DNA from: an uncultured Candidatus Saccharibacteria bacterium
GTDB taxonomy: Bacteria > Patescibacteriota > Minisyncoccia > Phycocordibacterales > UBA12088
Reading direction: 5' to 3'
NCBI GenBank assembly: GCA_964409035.1
Contig: CAYPBQ010000002.1
Coordinates: 11,192-75,191 of the forward strand
DNA length: 64,000 nucleotides
Positions within the stretch are counted from its first letter, which is position 1. Every line of letters starts with the position of its first letter. Below are positions 19,638-30,696 of this stretch, in pieces. Below the pieces are notes generated by a model. It worked only from the letters and a program-made list of their open reading frames with translations. It was not told where the DNA came from and ran no database searches. Made by a program: the position numbers and the translations under genes.

Positions 19638-20444
19638 ATGGAACCAATAACATTTGCCATTATTGGCGCACTTGCAGTCGTTGCTGTGTCGGGGATTGGT
19701 ATTTTAGTAGCATTATCAATCAATCACACCCTACTACACAGGGCGCTACACTATCTACCTAGCTTTGCTGCGGGAGTGTTTATAGTGGTAATTTTAGGAC
19801 TTGCGGAAGAAGCTCATCACACGCTTTCCCTTACTCAAGCCTCACTGCTTGGTCTTGGTGGCTTTTTGCTTCTTGCGGGCGTGTCCTTTTTTGCTCCAGA
19901 TGCGGCGCAAGGACACAGCGAGAATTGTGAGCACACACACGGCAATGGCCGCGCAAAAGCAAGGCGATTATTTATTGCAGATGGGATTCATAATGTGGGT
20001 GATGGCATTATTTTAGTACCAGCCTTTGCAGCAAGCACAGAGCTTGGACTTGCGGTACTTTTTGGCATTATCGTACACGAGGCAGTACAAGAGCTTTCTG
20101 AATTTTTTGTATATAAAGAAGCTGGCATACCCACCAAAGAGGCACTACTAATAAATGCACTCAGCGCATCTAGCATCATTATTGGTGTTGGCATCGGGGC
20201 ACTTATGCCCGACCATGAAGTATTGGAAGCATCTATTATTGCTGTGGCTGCGGGATCATTTCTTTTCGTGGTTGTTCGTGACCTTCTCCCTCACTCTATC
20301 GCAAGAGGTAGAAAGGACTTTATTATTCACATTGGAGTTGGAGCTCTTGGAGTATTGCTCATGCTACTCGTCTCACATCTAGCACCTCATATTCATGAAG
20401 AAGATGAAGATCACGATTCTGAGCTACATGAAATGATGGCTTAA
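19638..20444 (+). CDS. ZIP-family divalent metal (zinc) transporter, ZupT-like
   Basis: Eight TM. His-rich loop (HSENCEHTHGNG). HNVGDG and HEAVQE motifs in TM4/5. Confidence 0.65.
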   Translation: MEPITFAIIGALAVVAVSGIGILVALSINHTLLHRALHYLPSFAAGVFIVVILGLAEEAHHTLSLTQASLLGLGGFLLLAGVSFFAPDAAQGHSENCEHTHGNGRAKARRLFIADGIHNVGDGIILVPAFAASTELGLAVLFGIIVHEAVQELSEFFVYKEAGIPTKEALLINALSASSIIIGVGIGALMPDHEVLEASIIAVAAGSFLFVVVRDLLPHSIARGRKDFIIHIGVGALGVLLMLLVSHLAPHIHEEDEDHDSELHEMMA

Positions 20445-20989
20445 GCCTTTTTGAGAGAAAGATACGAGAGCGCGAGAAGCGCAGCAAATGTGGTAACCGC
20501 CACCATAGGAAAGGTGATGTATCCAAACACCACCCAAGTAACCTCTGCGCATGAGGCTTCAAGAATGGTAGCCCCACAAGGTATAGATGCTTCGGTACCT
20601 GTGATAAGTGTGTAGTACTGAAGAATAGAGTGATATATCGCAATCGTTATTCCTATAACTGATAGCGCTATCGCGTATGGAGCTATAAGAATCTCTTGCT
20701 TTCTCCATAATGACATACCAAAGAGTACGGCAAGAGGGTACATAAAAATGCGCTGGTACCAACACAGAGGGCATACCGTGAGCAAATACAAATACTGAAA
20801 AACTAGGCTTGCAACAATAGCAATCGAAGTGAGTATGAATGCCATCCACACATACTCGCGATACGTATAGGATGCTATAAACGCACGCAGTGAAGGTATA
20901 AAAAACCACCCTATAACACCAAGCACAATAACCACCTGCATAACAAACATTCCAATTCCAACAAACACTGAAAAATTCTCAAGTGACAT
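20441..20989 (-). CDS. DsbB/BdbC-family disulfide oxidoreductase (second paralog)
   Basis: CPLCWYQR motif plus a second Cys pair (CGATILEASC). Confidence 0.65.
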   Translation of the reverse strand: MSLENFSVFVGIGMFVMQVVIVLGVIGWFFIPSLRAFIASYTYREYVWMAFILTSIAIVASLVFQYLYLLTVCPLCWYQRIFMYPLAVLFGMSLWRKQEILIAPYAIALSVIGITIAIYHSILQYYTLITGTEASIPCGATILEASCAEVTWVVFGYITFPMVAVTTFAALLALSYLSLKKA

Positions 20990-21041
20990 ATACCTGAATT
21001 ATATACTTTTTTACCCAAAATCGTAGCGGTAGGCTTAATGT

Positions 21042-21062
21042 GCTGCGCGAGTGATGGGACTT
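21042..21062. repeat. Partial copy of the tRNA-Asp 3' end (direct repeat, copy 1)
   Basis: tgcgcgagtgatgggacttgg is identical to the 3' acceptor/T-stem segment of the tRNA-Asp about 360 bp away. Confidence 0.7.
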
Positions 21063-21216
21063 GGTCAGGAGTAAATTTTCTTTGAAAATTTCTCACGACC
21101 CTAGCTCACCTGTTTCGCTTTGCTCAACATGGCTCCGCTTTTCAAGTCCCACCGCAGGCAAAGCAGTTTGCCTGCTTCCCTCACTCATAATAAAACCGCC
21201 TCAATGGCGGTTTTAT

Positions 21217-21234
21217 TCTGCGCGAGTGATGGGA
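21217..21234. repeat. Partial copy of the tRNA-Asp 3' end (direct repeat, copy 2)
   Basis: tgcgcgagtgatgggact is identical to the tRNA-Asp 3' end. Preceded by a hairpin terminator (aaaaccgcc..ggcggtttt, about 21189-21213). Confidence 0.7.
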
Positions 21235-21405
21235 CTGACCCGCTATTACTAAGCTCGTAAACTCGCTAAGTACGCTGGTCGCACCTCGCCGACAATTTTA
21301 CTTCGCTCTGCTACGTAAAATCGTAGACCGGCTCCGGCGTTCAAGTCCCCTCACTTCCGTCGCAAATGCAACAACAGCAAAGCATTCGCTTTGCTGTTGG
21401 CATAT

Positions 21406-21479
21406 TGCGCGAGTGATGGGACTTGAACCCACGACCTCTCCCGTGACAGGGGAGCGCTCTAACCAGCTGAGCTACACCC
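21406..21479 (-). tRNA. tRNA-Asp (anticodon GUC)
   Basis: Acceptor GCGGGTG/CACTCGC (one G-U pair), anticodon loop CTGTCAC, T-loop TTCAAGT. Confidence 0.75.
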
Positions 21480-21953
21480 GCAACTACCGCATAGGTAATG
21501 CGTGTAGCGAGAGTATATATATATTTTGGCTATTTCGCAAACGTTGTAATGAGTCTGTGGATAAGGATAGAAATCCAAGAAATCCCAAAAACAAGCCCAA
21601 TAATAAGACAAGTTGGAATAAATTCGACAGGAAAGAGTGTGTTATCCCCTGTCCAAATAGTCACAATCCCTAGTGTTGCGGTGATACTAGTAAAGCTCAA
21701 AAACCCATTGCGTAAATATAATACTGTATTCATGCAGTATATAACTGCAGCTTTAAGTAAGAGTTACAATAAGGAATGTCTGACACCACGTTCACTTGTG
21801 CCTTTGGGAGGGATCGAATCTTACAGATTCAGTACACCTTTTGGCTATTTTTTTCGCATGCTCAAAAATACCTCAAAAGGTCTTCAATCCCGCGTGACGC
21901 TTTTTAAAAGAAAAAGCTACGCCCCGCCCTTACTGTAGCCATTCTAATTTTTT

Positions 21954-22027
21954 GTGTCGGCGGGAGGGATCGAACCTCCGACCTCAGCTTTATGAGTGCT
22001 GTGCTCTAACCATCTGAGCTACGCCGA
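21954..22027 (-). tRNA. tRNA-Met (anticodon CAU; elongator-type or Ile-lysidine)
   Basis: Acceptor GTCGGCG/CGCCGAC, anticodon stem CAGCA/AGCTG, loop CTCATAA, T-loop TTCGATC. Confidence 0.7.
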
Positions 22028-22131
22028 CATCGTGTTATGACCATACCAAAATTTAGGATTTTTTCAATGATTACGCGCGCTGTGTAAATGTAAGTGGGAC
22101 CGGTCCAAACTACGGACCGGTCCCACGAGGG

Positions 22132-22764
22132 CTATACCCCTATTGCTTTTTTTATTGACAGGAACGAATTTCTTTCATTATACCTCCGGGAGAAATCATC
22201 AGCTAAGGCCTGAGAAGCGCCGCCAGAATTTCGTGATTTCTGCACCGCATTAATATCACTGATCAACTCACGCGCTTCCAGCAAGAAGCGATGAGCCTGA
22301 CAGGTGTGTCCAGGTTCGTCATGGTACTCACTCACATAACAATCACACCTTCCACCCTGTGCTGGTTTTTTGGCCAGCTTTTCTTTTTCCGGCATCAATT
22401 CTTGTACTTTCTGGAATATTTGCAGAAGTTCATCTATGGGTCTGACCATATTCGCATTCCAAAAGACAATTTCCTTAGATCGTCTTGAATAACACTGAAT
22501 AATGCAGTTTGGGTAAAATCTCAACACTTCATTTCCAAGCGTAGCCAAGAGGACAAACAATTCGCTGCCGTGGTCATTATATGTTCCCCCCACCAGCTCA
22601 ATAAGTACATATTGCTCTTTCCTTGTGACTTCATTAATAGTAGTTCGTACGATGATATCCTTTCCCAGAATTGACGTAACGAAACTATCGAGATTTCGTA
22701 AATCCCCATTCGAAAGATTTGAGACGGATACTGTCACGACGGGGAGAAACCCTGAAGCGTTCAT
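22132..22764 (-). CDS. Hypothetical protein (210 aa) with a Cys/His cluster (CDCY..H..HTCQAH)
   Basis: ORF only, no recognisable family. Bracketed by tRNA genes and a perfect-hairpin terminator. Confidence 0.45.
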   Translation of the reverse strand: MNASGFLPVVTVSVSNLSNGDLRNLDSFVTSILGKDIIVRTTINEVTRKEQYVLIELVGGTYNDHGSELFVLLATLGNEVLRFYPNCIIQCYSRRSKEIVFWNANMVRPIDELLQIFQKVQELMPEKEKLAKKPAQGGRCDCYVSEYHDEPGHTCQAHRFLLEARELISDINAVQKSRNSGGASQALADDFSRRYNERNSFLSIKKAIGV

Positions 22765-22839
22765 TGAGCAAATCCTCCATTACTCATCCATGATTGAATG
22801 AGCTACTAGGGATGAGCGTACTATAACTAGCTAAAATGT

Positions 22840-22865
22840 AAAAGCGTCCAAATTTGGACGCTTTT
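22840..22865. terminator. Bidirectional intrinsic terminator (perfect hairpin)
   Basis: aaaagcgtccaaatttggacgctttt: 10-bp stem with A and T tracts on both sides. Confidence 0.6.
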
Positions 22866-22873
22866 ACCACGTG

Positions 22874-22944
22874 TTGCGGGGACCGGATTTGCACCGATGG
22901 CTCGAGGTTATGAGCCTCGCGAGATACTTCTTCTCCACCCCGCA
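22874..22944 (-). tRNA. Atypical tRNA-like element with a CAU anticodon (possible pseudo- or unusual tRNA)
   Basis: Folds as acceptor TGCGGGG/CCCCGCA, D-stem GAGA/TCTC, anticodon stem CGAGG/CCTCG, loop CTCATAA. The D-loop lacks GG and the T-loop is TGCAAAT (G55). Confidence 0.4.
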
Positions 22945-23028
22945 ATAATACCTTTTAAACACACCTACATAAGGCTTGTGAAGCGAACTATACACTTTTT
23001 TATAGCAAAAGGCAACGTAATATTTTCG

Positions 23029-23634
23029 CTACTCAACAAAGTAAAACTCTGAAAAGACTTGCTCGTATAGATTCATTGCACGGAGTGCTTCACGCCTAGT
23101 GAGAATAAAGTCACTACCGCGGTGAGCAATTTCATTCCTAATTTTATGAGCATCCCACGCTTCTTGTATTTTAGGAAAGTCGCCACGCTCGACATTTTTC
23201 AACTTTTCTCCAAGTGAGTTTCCTTGATATCCAGCGCTTGTAATAAGCTGGTCAAGCATGATGTCTGCTTCAATAATAGCTTGCCTCCAATCACTTGGAT
23301 TATGTGAATCAACCATTTGTCGTATTCTCTGCCACTTATCTGTAGCAAGCATCTGTGGCTCACGCTTTTTTATAGAAGAAAACAGCACCGCTTCCTCATA
23401 CTCCTCTAAATCCTTAATACGATAGTAGTAATATATGATTCCAAAAAGTAGTAGTAGCGAAATGAAACCTGAAATGAGACTAAAAATAAACCACGCCTCC
23501 GCAAATAGCGAGCCGCTAGCATCTCCACCTCCCCCACCAGACCCAGAAAATGCAAAGAAAATTTGTCCCGTTACAACCAAATACAGTAACCGAAACAAAT
23601 ACTCAATATTGAGAAAGTTTAAGCCGTAATCCAT
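23029..23634 (-). CDS. Membrane protein with a Gly-rich loop and a cytoplasmic helical domain, hypothetical
   Basis: Two TM segments flanking SGSGGGGGD. No family recognised. Confidence 0.45.
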   Translation of the reverse strand: MDYGLNFLNIEYLFRLLYLVVTGQIFFAFSGSGGGGGDASGSLFAEAWFIFSLISGFISLLLLFGIIYYYYRIKDLEEYEEAVLFSSIKKREPQMLATDKWQRIRQMVDSHNPSDWRQAIIEADIMLDQLITSAGYQGNSLGEKLKNVERGDFPKIQEAWDAHKIRNEIAHRGSDFILTRREALRAMNLYEQVFSEFYFVE

Positions 23635-23668
23635 TATAGTTTTATTCTACTATAAAGTCTGTGGTACC

Positions 23669-25090
23669 CTAAGCGCCAAGGTCTTTTGCTAGTGTGAAGA
23701 GGTGCGATTCGTTAGTGTGGGCAGCCAAAAATTGTATACCAAGAGGAAGCGCCACTCCCCCTACGTTTACCTCGCCAGACGGAATAGATATTCCAGGAAT
23801 ACCAGCAATATTTGCGGGTACGGTAAATATATCTTCAAGATACATTGAGAGTGGATCATTAGTTTTCTCACCAAATGCAAATGCGGGACCAGGAGTGGTT
23901 GGTGTTGCAATAACATCAACCTTAGAAAAGGCATCGATAAATTCTTTTTTTATTTGATTTCTTACCGCAACCGCCTTTGCGTAATAGGCATCGTAATATC
24001 CTGATGATAGTACATAGGCACCAAGGAGTATGCGTCTTCTAACCTCATTACCAAATCCTTTTGTGCGAGTTTGTATAAAATCATCTATTCCATCCTTTCC
24101 TTCAACATGAAGACCGTACCTAATACCATCAAATCGTGACAAGTTGGTAGAAACCTCTGCAGGCATAATTATGTAATACACCGCAAGACTCTTTGGTGCT
24201 GTTGGCAAGTCTATATCAACAATGGTATGCCCCTTTGCCACTAACGAATTAAGCGCATTCTCAAACACATTTGTCGCTTCCGCTGACAATCCGTTTTTTA
24301 TAAAAGCTCTAGGTACTCCAATAGTAAGAGGCTTACTCACTGCCACCTCTTCTTGTGAAGCATAGTCAGGTATGGTGGTGTGATCCATATCATCACTACC
24401 ACGGACCGCATCAAAAAGAATTTTTGTATCTTCTATCGTCTTGGCAAATGGACCAATAACATCAAGTGATGACCCCATTGCAATAAGCCCGTATCGAGAT
24501 ACCGATCCATAAGTGGGTTTAAGTCCTACCACTCCACAAAAACTTGCCGGCTGCCGAATAGACCCGCCTGTATCTGAGCCATATGAACCAAGCACCATAC
24601 CAGCTGCAACCGCAGCCGCACTACCGCCAGATGATCCACCTGGTACCCTGTTGCTATCACGCGGATTAGTTGTTTTTTTGTATGCAGAATTTTCTGTTGA
24701 AGAGCCCATGGCAAATTCGTCGCAATTGGTTCTTCCTACAAGCACCGCGCCTTGCGCTGTTAGCTTATCAACAACCGTTGAGCTATAACTAGCCACATAT
24801 CCCTCTAAAATTTTTGAGCTTGCGGTTGCCAGAAATCCTTTTCTAAGAATATTGTCTTTAAGTGCAATTGGGATACCGGTAAGTGGATGAATATCCCCTG
24901 ATGCAATCATCGCATCAGCACGAGCAGCCTGTTCTAGTACATCGCTATACACCTCAAGGAATGCACCTACAGTGCTGTCGTTATCAGCAATCATCTTTAG
25001 TGATGCCTCAGCCAAAGTTACCGCTGAGTATTTTTTCTCATCGAGATCCTTTCTTGCTTGCGCTATTGAAAGAGTGCGGAGGTCTATCAT
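23669..25090 (-). CDS. gatA: Glutamyl-tRNA(Gln) amidotransferase subunit A
   Basis: Amidase signature GGSSGGSAAAVAAG. Full length. Confidence 0.95.
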   Translation of the reverse strand: MIDLRTLSIAQARKDLDEKKYSAVTLAEASLKMIADNDSTVGAFLEVYSDVLEQAARADAMIASGDIHPLTGIPIALKDNILRKGFLATASSKILEGYVASYSSTVVDKLTAQGAVLVGRTNCDEFAMGSSTENSAYKKTTNPRDSNRVPGGSSGGSAAAVAAGMVLGSYGSDTGGSIRQPASFCGVVGLKPTYGSVSRYGLIAMGSSLDVIGPFAKTIEDTKILFDAVRGSDDMDHTTIPDYASQEEVAVSKPLTIGVPRAFIKNGLSAEATNVFENALNSLVAKGHTIVDIDLPTAPKSLAVYYIIMPAEVSTNLSRFDGIRYGLHVEGKDGIDDFIQTRTKGFGNEVRRRILLGAYVLSSGYYDAYYAKAVAVRNQIKKEFIDAFSKVDVIATPTTPGPAFAFGEKTNDPLSMYLEDIFTVPANIAGIPGISIPSGEVNVGGVALPLGIQFLAAHTNESHLFTLAKDLGA

Positions 25091-25094
25091 GGAT

Positions 25095-25370
25095 TTACAT
25101 TATCTTTTTTACAACCACATGATCGCCTTCCCGCCTATGAGCAAGCGATAGAAGTGTCTCTGTATGAGCGCCCGAAGCATGAGGCTCGTTATCGTCTCTA
25201 AAAACATTATGCACACCAGTCACCTCATCAGTAGTTGGCTCCACCTCTCCTAGCTCACTTACATAATTTAAAATCGAAGAAAACTCACCGATGAGGCGCT
25301 CTTTCTCTTCTTCTGATAGCTCAATCCGTGAAAGCGCTGCCAGAGTTTCTACATCCTTCTTCTCTATCAT
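25095..25370 (-). CDS. gatC: Glutamyl-tRNA(Gln) amidotransferase subunit C (start taken at the internal Met MIEKKD; the longer ORF would overlap ligA)
   Basis: LSRIELSEEEKERL motif typical of GatC. Immediately upstream of gatA. Confidence 0.75.
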   Translation of the reverse strand: MIEKKDVETLAALSRIELSEEEKERLIGEFSSILNYVSELGEVEPTTDEVTGVHNVFRDDNEPHASGAHTETLLSLAHRREGDHVVVKKIM

Positions 25371-25395
25371 ATGGCGTATCCTAGCACGAAGCGTG

Positions 25396-27456
<2,061 letters not shown>

Positions 27457-27465
27457 TCAAATGGC

Positions 27466-27891
27466 CTATTTGTAGCGCTCAACAATACCTCTCTCTACCC
27501 TAAATCCAGTGGTAACCGAGCAGGTGGTATTGTAGCCTCGAGAACGTATTTCGCCCGTGACATTGTTAACCGACACCACCGCACAACCTCGCCCTGGTAT
27601 ATCAAGGGTGAAATTATTACTACCAGGCCCCACGTTAAATGACTGACTAAGGCACGTGATGGTTTTCCCCTCATCAAATGCTCCTTGTATTGCCCAATAG
27701 AGCGCGCAATCAGAACCAGATTTTGCTGCATAGAGGGCAATCTGTGATACCTCACCAAAATTCGCAAGACGAAGTTCTTTGGTCATTATCTGCATAACCG
27801 AAGCGCTTACTGAAAGCACAAGCGTGATAATAAGCATTGCATACAAGAGAGTAAAACCATTATTTAACGTATGAGGTTTATGTGTGGACAT
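27466..27891 (-). CDS. Pseudopilin-like minor pilin (N-terminal hydrophobic helix, non-canonical GFTLLY motif)
   Basis: N-terminus NNGFTLLYAMLIITLVL resembles the prepilin helix but lacks the E5 residue. Cys pairs in the C-terminus. Confidence 0.45.
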   Translation of the reverse strand: MSTHKPHTLNNGFTLLYAMLIITLVLSVSASVMQIMTKELRLANFGEVSQIALYAAKSGSDCALYWAIQGAFDEGKTITCLSQSFNVGPGSNNFTLDIPGRGCAVVSVNNVTGEIRSRGYNTTCSVTTGFRVERGIVERYK

Positions 27892-27893
27892 GC

Positions 27894-28487
27894 TTATGAT
27901 TCTAGTTCTGCTTCGCGCTTTGCCTTTGCTGCATTAAAGTCATACATGATTCTAGAAACGGTCATTGATTTAGTTCCTGATGGTACTTCCCATGTCAAAA
28001 TAACTTCAATAAGATTTTCATCCAAGTTACCATTTGGTTGTGTTACTCGTATTGTTCTTGTGTACTCAGATACTCCCCATCCACTGTTGTACCCATAAAA
28101 TGATCCTGTAGAATCCTTTCTCATTGGTGGACACAAGGCAGTACATCTTGATATTGCGTTAGAGGGAGTAGCCGCTGGAGCCACCGTAGTATCCATGATG
28201 CATCCATAGGTGCCACCACAGTTGGTACGCGCGTAGGTAAATCCAGATGTTCCATTTTTTGTGTCATTGTCTCGTATATTTGTGAGAAGCTCCATGGCAT
28301 CCTGCCCTAAAAAGAACGCGGTAATTTGCTCACGAGTATACGAAGCAGAATTAAGTGATCGCTGTACCAGCGCCATAGGGCCAACCAAAGAGACAATAAG
28401 TACTGCCACCGCCACAAGTGTCTCAATGAGTGTAAAGCCCGCTTGATTATGGCCTTCTACACTTTTATGTGGGTGTTGCTTCGTCAT
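27894..28487 (-). CDS. Type IV pilin-like / pseudopilin (start at the internal Met preceding AGFTLIETL)
   Basis: Prepilin cleavage/methylation motif Q-AGFTLIETLVAVAVL. Abuts the upstream gene exactly when the internal start is used. Confidence 0.65.
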   Translation of the reverse strand: MTKQHPHKSVEGHNQAGFTLIETLVAVAVLIVSLVGPMALVQRSLNSASYTREQITAFFLGQDAMELLTNIRDNDTKNGTSGFTYARTNCGGTYGCIMDTTVAPAATPSNAISRCTALCPPMRKDSTGSFYGYNSGWGVSEYTRTIRVTQPNGNLDENLIEVILTWEVPSGTKSMTVSRIMYDFNAAKAKREAELES

Positions 28488-28488
28488 G

Positions 28489-30090
28489 CTAGAACTCAGT
28501 CTCATTAGTGACAGAACCGGAAGTATTTCTGACTTCTGTTGTTGGAGCCAAACAACTATTTGAGCACGGTCCACCAGTTGAGCATAATCTGCAATCAAGA
28601 CCTGTAGTGCTCATACCTGGGTCAACACATCCAGTTACTGCACATGGTTGACCAGGTATACATATTGCGCAGTTTATAACTGTGGTGGTAGTACCGCCCC
28701 CACTATTTACCACATCAAGGCAAAGTGGAGAGCAGCTACCCCCTGAAGTACAAGGTCTGCAATCAAGGTTATACACGATATAGGTATCTCTTTTGTACAC
28801 ACTTACCCGCTTTATGCTTCCGCTATTTGGTGTACCGAATCCTCCAACCCAATATGAATTATTTCCGTAATTCATAGTAGTTGAGACAGTTGGCTCGGCC
28901 TGGCTTGCAGTAGTGAGATTACTTGGGAGTGGATGAAATGCCTTTAACTGACAATTGATTCCGTTTTGCGTGGTAGCAGGAAGCGATCCATTGGTATACG
29001 GAGCATTACCTGCGTATGCCCGTATCGACATCAAGTCTTCACACTTGTTACCTGAGTAATCCTCAGCAACAACTTTTAGATCGTATGAAAATGTTAAATT
29101 AGTATTTCTGAAATCCAGTAACACATAACGTCCGTTCGTTTTGCAATACCCCTTCCCACTAACACTTCCGCTAAAGTCACAGTCCCACAATGGACTAGCG
29201 CTCCACTGACCTGTTACTTGTGTTGCAATAGTAGTACAAGCAGGATCATACGTACTTGGACTGTTTGAATCAGGACCTTCACCCTTTTCACATCTGCCGT
29301 TTGCATTTGTGTTACCTGGGGTTGTGGTAGTGGTGGTACAATCAGGTGAACTTGAATTTTCGTTGTAGAAACATCTACCATCTCCTGAAACTGGATTATT
29401 AGGCACGGTACTAGAAGGACAATCGAGAGGATGTGTCTGATACGACTCTCCATAGTTACACTGACCATTACCACTAAGCTCACCTGGATTATACGTATAG
29501 GTATAAGCAACCGTGGTATCAACTGGTAGCGCCTCGGATACAGTAGTTTGTATATTAAATGCTGTCTTTGTGCCATTGCGCTCTCCTGCTTCACCTCTTA
29601 CTACAATAAAGGCGCGTCGTTGATTATCACCTAATCCAGTTACAAAAAACCTTCCGTATGAGAGATTCACGTTAGGAGCAGTCATCGCAACAAATGGACC
29701 TGATGCGCCAGTTTTAGAGAGGAGTAGTTGTCCTGAAGGAGAAAATGAGTACACCCACTGATCTGCGGTGGTGCCAGTATTTCCACCCCGAGGTTCAAAG
29801 GCGATATAAGTCCCTCCCCCCTGACAATCTTGCTCAGTTGCAATTGAGGAATTGTTTATACTATTTGCACAGTGATAATTGCTTCCATCTCTGATAGTTC
29901 GAGACATCGAATCAAGTGCTGCATTGAGATTATTAAACACGAGCTTTTGTGAGCGGGCCTTTTCATTGCCAGTCATAAGAGAAACAAATGAACCGACAGT
30001 AACGAGCGCCACCACACTGAAGAGCGCAAGCGCAACCAATGTCTCCACTAATGTGTACCCCTTTGTATAAGTAGCAGATGATATTTTCAT
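28489..30090 (-). CDS. Large pilin-like protein (533 aa) with a prepilin N-terminus and Cys-rich tandem modules (candidate tip adhesin)
   Basis: KGYTLVETLVALALF prepilin motif. The C-terminus has two copies of LDCR(P/L)C(T/S)xGG(S/P)CS..C plus many other Cys. Confidence 0.6.
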   Translation of the reverse strand: MKISSATYTKGYTLVETLVALALFSVVALVTVGSFVSLMTGNEKARSQKLVFNNLNAALDSMSRTIRDGSNYHCANSINNSSIATEQDCQGGGTYIAFEPRGGNTGTTADQWVYSFSPSGQLLLSKTGASGPFVAMTAPNVNLSYGRFFVTGLGDNQRRAFIVVRGEAGERNGTKTAFNIQTTVSEALPVDTTVAYTYTYNPGELSGNGQCNYGESYQTHPLDCPSSTVPNNPVSGDGRCFYNENSSSPDCTTTTTTPGNTNANGRCEKGEGPDSNSPSTYDPACTTIATQVTGQWSASPLWDCDFSGSVSGKGYCKTNGRYVLLDFRNTNLTFSYDLKVVAEDYSGNKCEDLMSIRAYAGNAPYTNGSLPATTQNGINCQLKAFHPLPSNLTTASQAEPTVSTTMNYGNNSYWVGGFGTPNSGSIKRVSVYKRDTYIVYNLDCRPCTSGGSCSPLCLDVVNSGGGTTTTVINCAICIPGQPCAVTGCVDPGMSTTGLDCRLCSTGGPCSNSCLAPTTEVRNTSGSVTNETEF

Positions 30091-30111
30091 AGTTTACTTT
30101 AGTGTAACAGA

Positions 30112-30696
30112 TTATCGTGGTACTGAAATCTGTCCTGTTGTGTATATTTCAACCAACTGCTCATACCCTTGCGAGCTCTTGAGATAAAATTGCCCACGAG
30201 GGTATTCTGCGGTAGCGCCAGCAACCCTGATTACTGCTTCTGGGTTAGGTCGTTGAAAGGTCACTACAAGTGCTGAGGAAGTACTGCAGCTTGCCGAACC
30301 AGCATTGTTAAGTACGCACACCCGATCAAGTCCAATACCTGGCGGGAATGCAAGCGTCTCAATAACCGTATCAACCCCACTTGAATACTGCCTGTCTTGG
30401 TCTATATCACTAAAAAACGTCACCGTACCGCCATTAAGACCTGCTGCATAAACGCCGTAGCCAACATCAAAATCACTTCCTTCTCCACGCACCGCAACTC
30501 CATATGACTGTGCCTGTCGCAACATTACGGCAAGCTCATAGCCAACATTGGTGAGCTGTAAGTTGCCCCTTCCTGAGGCTCCGCCTGCAAGTACCATTAT
30601 TGAAACAGTAATAAATATAGACATTACTACCAATACCTCAACAAGAGTAAATGCCTTGGTACTAGATGAAGAGAAGAGTTGGAAGTGTGAATGCAT
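30112..30696 (-). CDS. Pseudopilin (prepilin-type N-terminal domain)
   Basis: KAFTLVEVLVVMSIF motif. Confidence 0.6.
   Translation of the reverse strand: MHSHFQLFSSSSTKAFTLVEVLVVMSIFITVSIMVLAGGASGRGNLQLTNVGYELAVMLRQAQSYGVAVRGEGSDFDVGYGVYAAGLNGGTVTFFSDIDQDRQYSSGVDTVIETLAFPPGIGLDRVCVLNNAGSASCSTSSALVVTFQRPNPEAVIRVAGATAEYPRGQFYLKSSQGYEQLVEIYTTGQISVPR

Noticed and set aside
21000-21480. Possible CRISPR array (short direct repeats with about 170-bp spacing)
   Set aside because: The repeats are copies of a tRNA 3' end, not palindromic CRISPR repeats. There are only two extra copies, spacing is irregular and no cas genes are present. I interpret them as integration scars.
21413-21938. Plus-strand ORFs 21413-21673 and 21498-21938 in the tRNA cluster
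   Set aside because: They overlap tRNA-Asp and the tRNA-fragment repeats, have low-complexity translations, and show no start context. I treat them as spurious.
27894-28598. Long 234-aa form of the pilin gene
   Set aside because: The prepilin leader motif follows the internal Met. Using it makes the gene abut the upstream pseudopilin stop with no overlap.
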